Positions 1 to 1,565 of a stretch of 1,565 nucleotides of DNA are shown here, one piece after another. Position numbers and translations under genes: made by a program. Numbering within the stretch: position 1 is the first letter of the stretch; each line of letters starts with the position of its first letter. This stretch comes from Escherichia coli (GTDB taxonomy: Bacteria > Pseudomonadota > Gammaproteobacteria > Enterobacterales > Enterobacteriaceae), in assembly GCF_024223415.1 (NCBI RefSeq), contig NZ_CP100510.1, one strand, 5' to 3'. The notes under the pieces were generated by a model. It did no database searches. It was not told the DNA's origin and saw nothing but the letters and a program-made list of their open reading frames with translations.

Positions 1-49
1 ATGTGCAAATGTAATACCGTCACCCGCGACGATATTCCGTTTGCCATCT

Positions 50-74
50 GGTCAGGGCTTCGCCCCGACACCCC
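50..74. repeat. 25-bp perfect inverted copy of the oriT hairpin segment (exact reverse complement of 1386-1410)
   Basis: GGTCAGGGCTTCGCCCCGACACCCC at 50-74 is the exact reverse complement of GGGGTGTCGGGGCGAAGCCCTGACC at 1386-1410. The asymmetric flanks (1 nt one side, 5 nt the other) also match, so this is a true inverted duplication and not just the hairpin's own near-palindromy. Identity stops exactly at both ends. Confidence 0.9.
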
Positions 75-110
75 GCATCAGTGCGTACGTGCTCAATGTG
101 GTTTCCGGTT

Positions 111-171
111 CTCTTCCGCTTCCTCGCCCACTCGCTCACTAACGTTCGGTCGCTGGGGCTGCGGCGAGCGG
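111..171. other. Conserved ColE1/pMB1 origin-proximal block (candidate primosome-assembly / single-strand-initiation site)
   Basis: CTCTTCCGCTTCCTCGC (111-127) and GGCTGCGGCGAGCGG (157-171) are identical to the flanks of the block CTCTTCCGCTTCCTCGCTCACTGACTCGCTGCGCTCGGTCGTTCGGCTGCGGCGAGCGG that I recall lying about 45-125 bp downstream of the replication start in pBR322/pUC (similar in p15A); the middle is diverged. Same orientation as the oriT match. Function as a pas/ssi site is inferred. Confidence 0.55.
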
Positions 172-476
172 TGCCACCTCTCGCATGTTGTCGGTGATTC
201 CGCTGTTGTTCTTTCGGGGATAAGTCGTCAGATAGCCCTTCAAACGCGCTCAGAAGCTCTCAGACGCACGAAACGGGGTTTAAATGCCCGTCAGGGCATG
301 GAAGGCGCGAAAAACGCTTACAGAGCGTTTCAGGAGGTCAGGCGCGCCGATACCCCTAGCCAGGGGCTTTCAGGTCGCCAGGAACCGCGCCAGCCCCCTG
401 CAAAGCCCATTTGCACGGTACAGGCAGCCACTCGGTTGGTAGGTGGTCGTAGACCGTCGGTGTTACAGCGATGGGG

Positions 477-559
477 GTCTGGGGTTCTCCCCAGACGGTT
501 TCCGGTTGCGCTCAAGGCGCTGCCGGAACCGTGGCGGCTCGATCGTTCTGGAGATCGGG
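477..559. ncRNA. Cluster of three consecutive GC-rich stem-loops; candidate RNA I / RNA II-like antisense-control region (strand, ends and function undetermined)
   Basis: SL1 477-496: perfect 8-bp stem GTCTGGGG/CCCCAGAC, loop TTCT. SL2 497-530: GGTTTCCGG...CCGGAACC outer stem (one bulged T) plus inner GCGC/GCGC stem, loop TCAAG. SL3 538-559: CGATC/GATCG core stem, 8-nt loop GTTCTGGA. Three hairpins in about 85 nt is the RNA I architecture. Weak convergent promoter candidates flank it (see findings). No canonical terminator found. Confidence 0.3.
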
Positions 560-622
560 GAGCAAAAACACGCAAGGGATTTTGAGGCGGCAAAAGAGCA
601 ATGCAGGATAGACAACCCGATG

Positions 623-640
623 TCAAATGTTAACATTTGA
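623..640. repeat. 18-bp perfect palindrome TCAAATGTTAACATTTGA in the AT-rich spacer between the gene's 3' end and the stem-loop cluster
   Basis: Exact self-complementarity across 18 bp, seen directly. Lies in a locally AT-rich island at about 600-670; function unknown (protein-binding site, unwinding element or promoter element). Confidence 0.9.
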
Positions 641-686
641 ATCAGATTGTCCAAAAACGGGGTTTTTGCCTGTGCCTGCCGCTGGC

Positions 687-1166
687 TCAATTTGAAAACA
701 TGGCCATGATTCGGCGCTGAATATCACCGTCTTTGTTGACCAGTGTTTTAGTGACAAACGCCGCGTAGTTTTTAGATGTGTTGTATCCCTTCCAGACTTC
801 ATGTGGATCGAGTGCATACGCACAAACCTTACCAGCAACAGGAATTCTGACTAACGCGTTTTTTGATTCTAAGTAGTTGAGCCAGCGCTTAATTGTGCTT
901 CGGCTAACACCCAATTTATCTGCTAAAAACTGCTGATCGGCAACAACAGCACCGCATGAGGGATCTATGTGCTCAGCTAAAAACGAGTAAAGCGGTATTG
1001 CTACAACTCCCTGCTTGTCCTTCGACAGTTCTCGGATCCTTTCCCAGCCCTTCTGATAAACCTGGGTGAATGGGCCGTTATTTTTCGGATCTGATTCCGA
1101 TTCTTTGTTTAATTTTTCCAGTTCTTTTAGACGCTTTTTTCGCTGCTCTTCAGTCCCGATATACAT
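687..1166 (-). CDS. 159-aa winged-helix (HTH) DNA-binding protein; best guess a small-plasmid replication initiator or autoregulatory maintenance protein (RepA of tiny pKL1-type plasmids, or RepL-like). Family assignment is from memory and unverified; a cargo transcriptional regulator is the alternative.
   Basis: Only long ORF with coding-like composition. ATG is the reverse complement of 1164-1166, preceded by a GGAG Shine-Dalgarno (rc of 1174-1177) with a 7-nt spacer; stop TGA is rc of 687-689. Helix-turn-helix at about residues 77-98 (DQQFLADKLGVSRSTIKRWLNY, encoded about 873-938) followed by a wing-like segment (ALVRIPVAGKVCAYALDP). N-terminal 30 residues are K/E-rich. Upstream region is dense in operator-like repeats. 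Confidence 0.8.
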   Translation of the reverse strand: MYIGTEEQRKKRLKELEKLNKESESDPKNNGPFTQVYQKGWERIRELSKDKQGVVAIPLYSFLAEHIDPSCGAVVADQQFLADKLGVSRSTIKRWLNYLESKNALVRIPVAGKVCAYALDPHEVWKGYNTSKNYAAFVTKTLVNKDGDIQRRIMAMFSN

Positions 1167-1185
1167 GGTAAATCTCCACGGTCTA

Positions 1186-1225
1186 ATGATGGCTCAAATA
1201 TAAGCCATCATAGCTCAAACGTAAA
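1186..1225 (-). promoter_or_regulatory. Candidate sigma70 promoter of the 159-aa gene overlapping a 9-bp perfect inverted repeat (candidate autoregulatory operator)
   Basis: On the minus strand: -35 TTTACG (rc of 1220-1225), 17-bp spacer, -10 TATATT (rc of 1197-1202), predicted start about 25-30 nt upstream of the ATG. Inverted repeat ATGATGGCT (1186-1194) / AGCCATCAT (1203-1211) has the -10 hexamer in its 8-nt spacer. GCTCAAA recurs at 1192-1198 and 1213-1219, 21 bp apart. Promoter assignment is by consensus match only. Confidence 0.5.
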
Positions 1226-1246
1226 CCATGATAGGTCGACCTAGCT

Positions 1247-1292
1247 CACACATGCGTGAGCTAACCTTAGACCACACATGCGTGAGCTAACC
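1247..1292. repeat. Two tandem 20-bp perfect direct repeats CACACATGCGTGAGCTAACC (1247-1266 and 1273-1292, period 26 bp); iteron- or operator-like
   Basis: Exact 20/20 identity seen directly. Each copy has internal dyad symmetry (CTCAC-ACATGC-GTGAG); the first copy extends to an 8-bp stem TAGCTCAC/GTGAGCTA. They lie 22-70 bp upstream of the predicted -35 of the gene. Related AGCTCA/TGAGCT half-sites recur at 1212-1217 and 1304-1309. Confidence 0.85.
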
Positions 1293-1355
1293 CATAATGC
1301 AAGTAGCTAAAAAATCAATAACTTACAAAATCGCCCTTAAATATCTTTTCTGCTG

Positions 1356-1385
1356 AAAGTGTTGCGCAAAGCGGAACACTTTTTT
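1356..1385 (+). terminator. Terminator-like hairpin followed by a T-run on the plus strand, directly abutting the oriT hairpin
   Basis: AAAGTGTT (1356-1363) pairs with AACACTTT (1375-1382), plus an inner CGC/GCG stem around an AAA triloop, followed by TTT (1383-1385) and then GGGG. The T-run follows the hairpin only on the plus strand. No convincing upstream plus-strand promoter was found, so the role is uncertain. Confidence 0.3.
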
Positions 1386-1446
1386 GGGGTGTCGGGGCGA
1401 AGCCCTGACCCAGTCACGTAGCGATAGCGGAGTGTATACTGGCTTA
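1386..1446 (+). other. ColE1/pMB1-type origin of transfer (bom/oriT): recognition hairpin plus conserved nic region; predicted nic CTGG|CTTA between 1442 and 1443
   Basis: GGGGTGTCGGGGCGAAGCCCTGACCCAGTCACGTAGCGATAGCGGAGTGTATACTGGCTTA matches my recollection of the pBR322 bom region (GGGTGTCGGGGCGCAGCCATGACCCAGTCACGTAGCGATAGCGGAGTGTATACTGGCTTA) with about 2 substitutions; the 36 bp ending at CTGGCTTA are identical. Imperfect hairpin GTCGGGGC-GAA-GCCCTGAC at 1391-1409. Which strand is nicked is assumed from the motif orientation. Confidence 0.8.
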
Positions 1447-1565
1447 CTCCTCTGCAAGCCTTACCAGCTGTGATTTTTGCCAGATTTCACGCTCTCAACG
1501 TTCAACAGCTCCATCATGGTTTTGCCGTCCGTTCACCGCTAAAACGCCTCAGAAATCGGGACAGG

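Noticed and set aside
172-330. Precise ColE1 origin of replication placed on the short matches GATAAGTCGT (220-229) and ATGGAA..AAAAACGC (298-317)
   Set aside because: Matches of 10-14 nt are expected by chance in a window this size, and their implied orientation conflicts with the two long, reliable matches (oriT and the 111-171 block). No origin coordinate is called.
1-585. 194-aa plus-strand ORF starting at the first base of the window
   Set aside because: The translation is Arg/Gly/Ser/Pro-rich and low-complexity, typical of reading through GC-rich non-coding DNA. It has no RBS context and spans the conserved origin-proximal block and the stem-loop cluster, which are better explained as structured non-coding DNA/RNA.
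330-838. Four short ORFs in the track (330-626 minus, 443-640 plus, 463-690 minus, 623-838 minus)
   Set aside because: All lie in the GC-rich structured region or overlap the 159-aa gene out of frame. None has a convincing Shine-Dalgarno sequence, and the translations look like non-coding read-through.
687-1166. Toxin-antitoxin pair or IS200-type transposase as the identity of the small gene
   Set aside because: There is no partner small ORF for a TA module, and the protein lacks an HxH (HUH) motif; the HTH-plus-wing layout points to a DNA-binding initiator or regulator.
1247-1292. CRISPR array
   Set aside because: Only two copies of a 20-bp repeat separated by 6 bp, with no spacers of plausible length and no leader; an iteron or operator fits better.
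50-1410. Insertion sequence or MITE bounded by 25-bp terminal inverted repeats
   Set aside because: No transposase (the only gene is a 159-aa wHTH protein with no HUH or DDE-like features), no target-site duplication flanking the repeats, and one repeat copy is clearly part of a ColE1-type oriT.
1386-1565. Relaxase/mobilization gene adjacent to oriT
   Set aside because: No ORF with a start codon of meaningful length follows or precedes oriT. The open frame from 1409 to the window end lacks ATG/GTG/TTG and any RBS, so only the cis-acting site is present.

Overview
This 1565-bp window looks like the backbone, and possibly the whole, of a very small mobilizable plasmid of the enterobacterial ColE1 neighbourhood. 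It holds one convincing gene: a 159-aa winged-helix DNA-binding protein on the minus strand (687-1166) with a good RBS, a promoter embedded in a 9-bp inverted repeat, and two tandem 20-bp repeats upstream. At 1386-1446 there is a near-exact match, recalled from memory, to the pMB1/pBR322 bom/oriT nic region. The left 600 bp is GC-rich and non-coding, with a block recalled as lying just downstream of the pMB1 origin (111-171) and three consecutive stem-loops (477-559) whose geometry resembles an RNA I/RNA II antisense pair. A 25-bp perfect inverted copy of the oriT hairpin segment sits at 50-74. No relaxase, transposase, toxin-antitoxin pair or resistance gene is present. The main open question is which replication mechanism is used: RNA-primed ColE1-like, Rep plus iterons, or a mosaic of both. 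All homology statements come from memory of pBR322/pUC/p15A sequences and were not searched.
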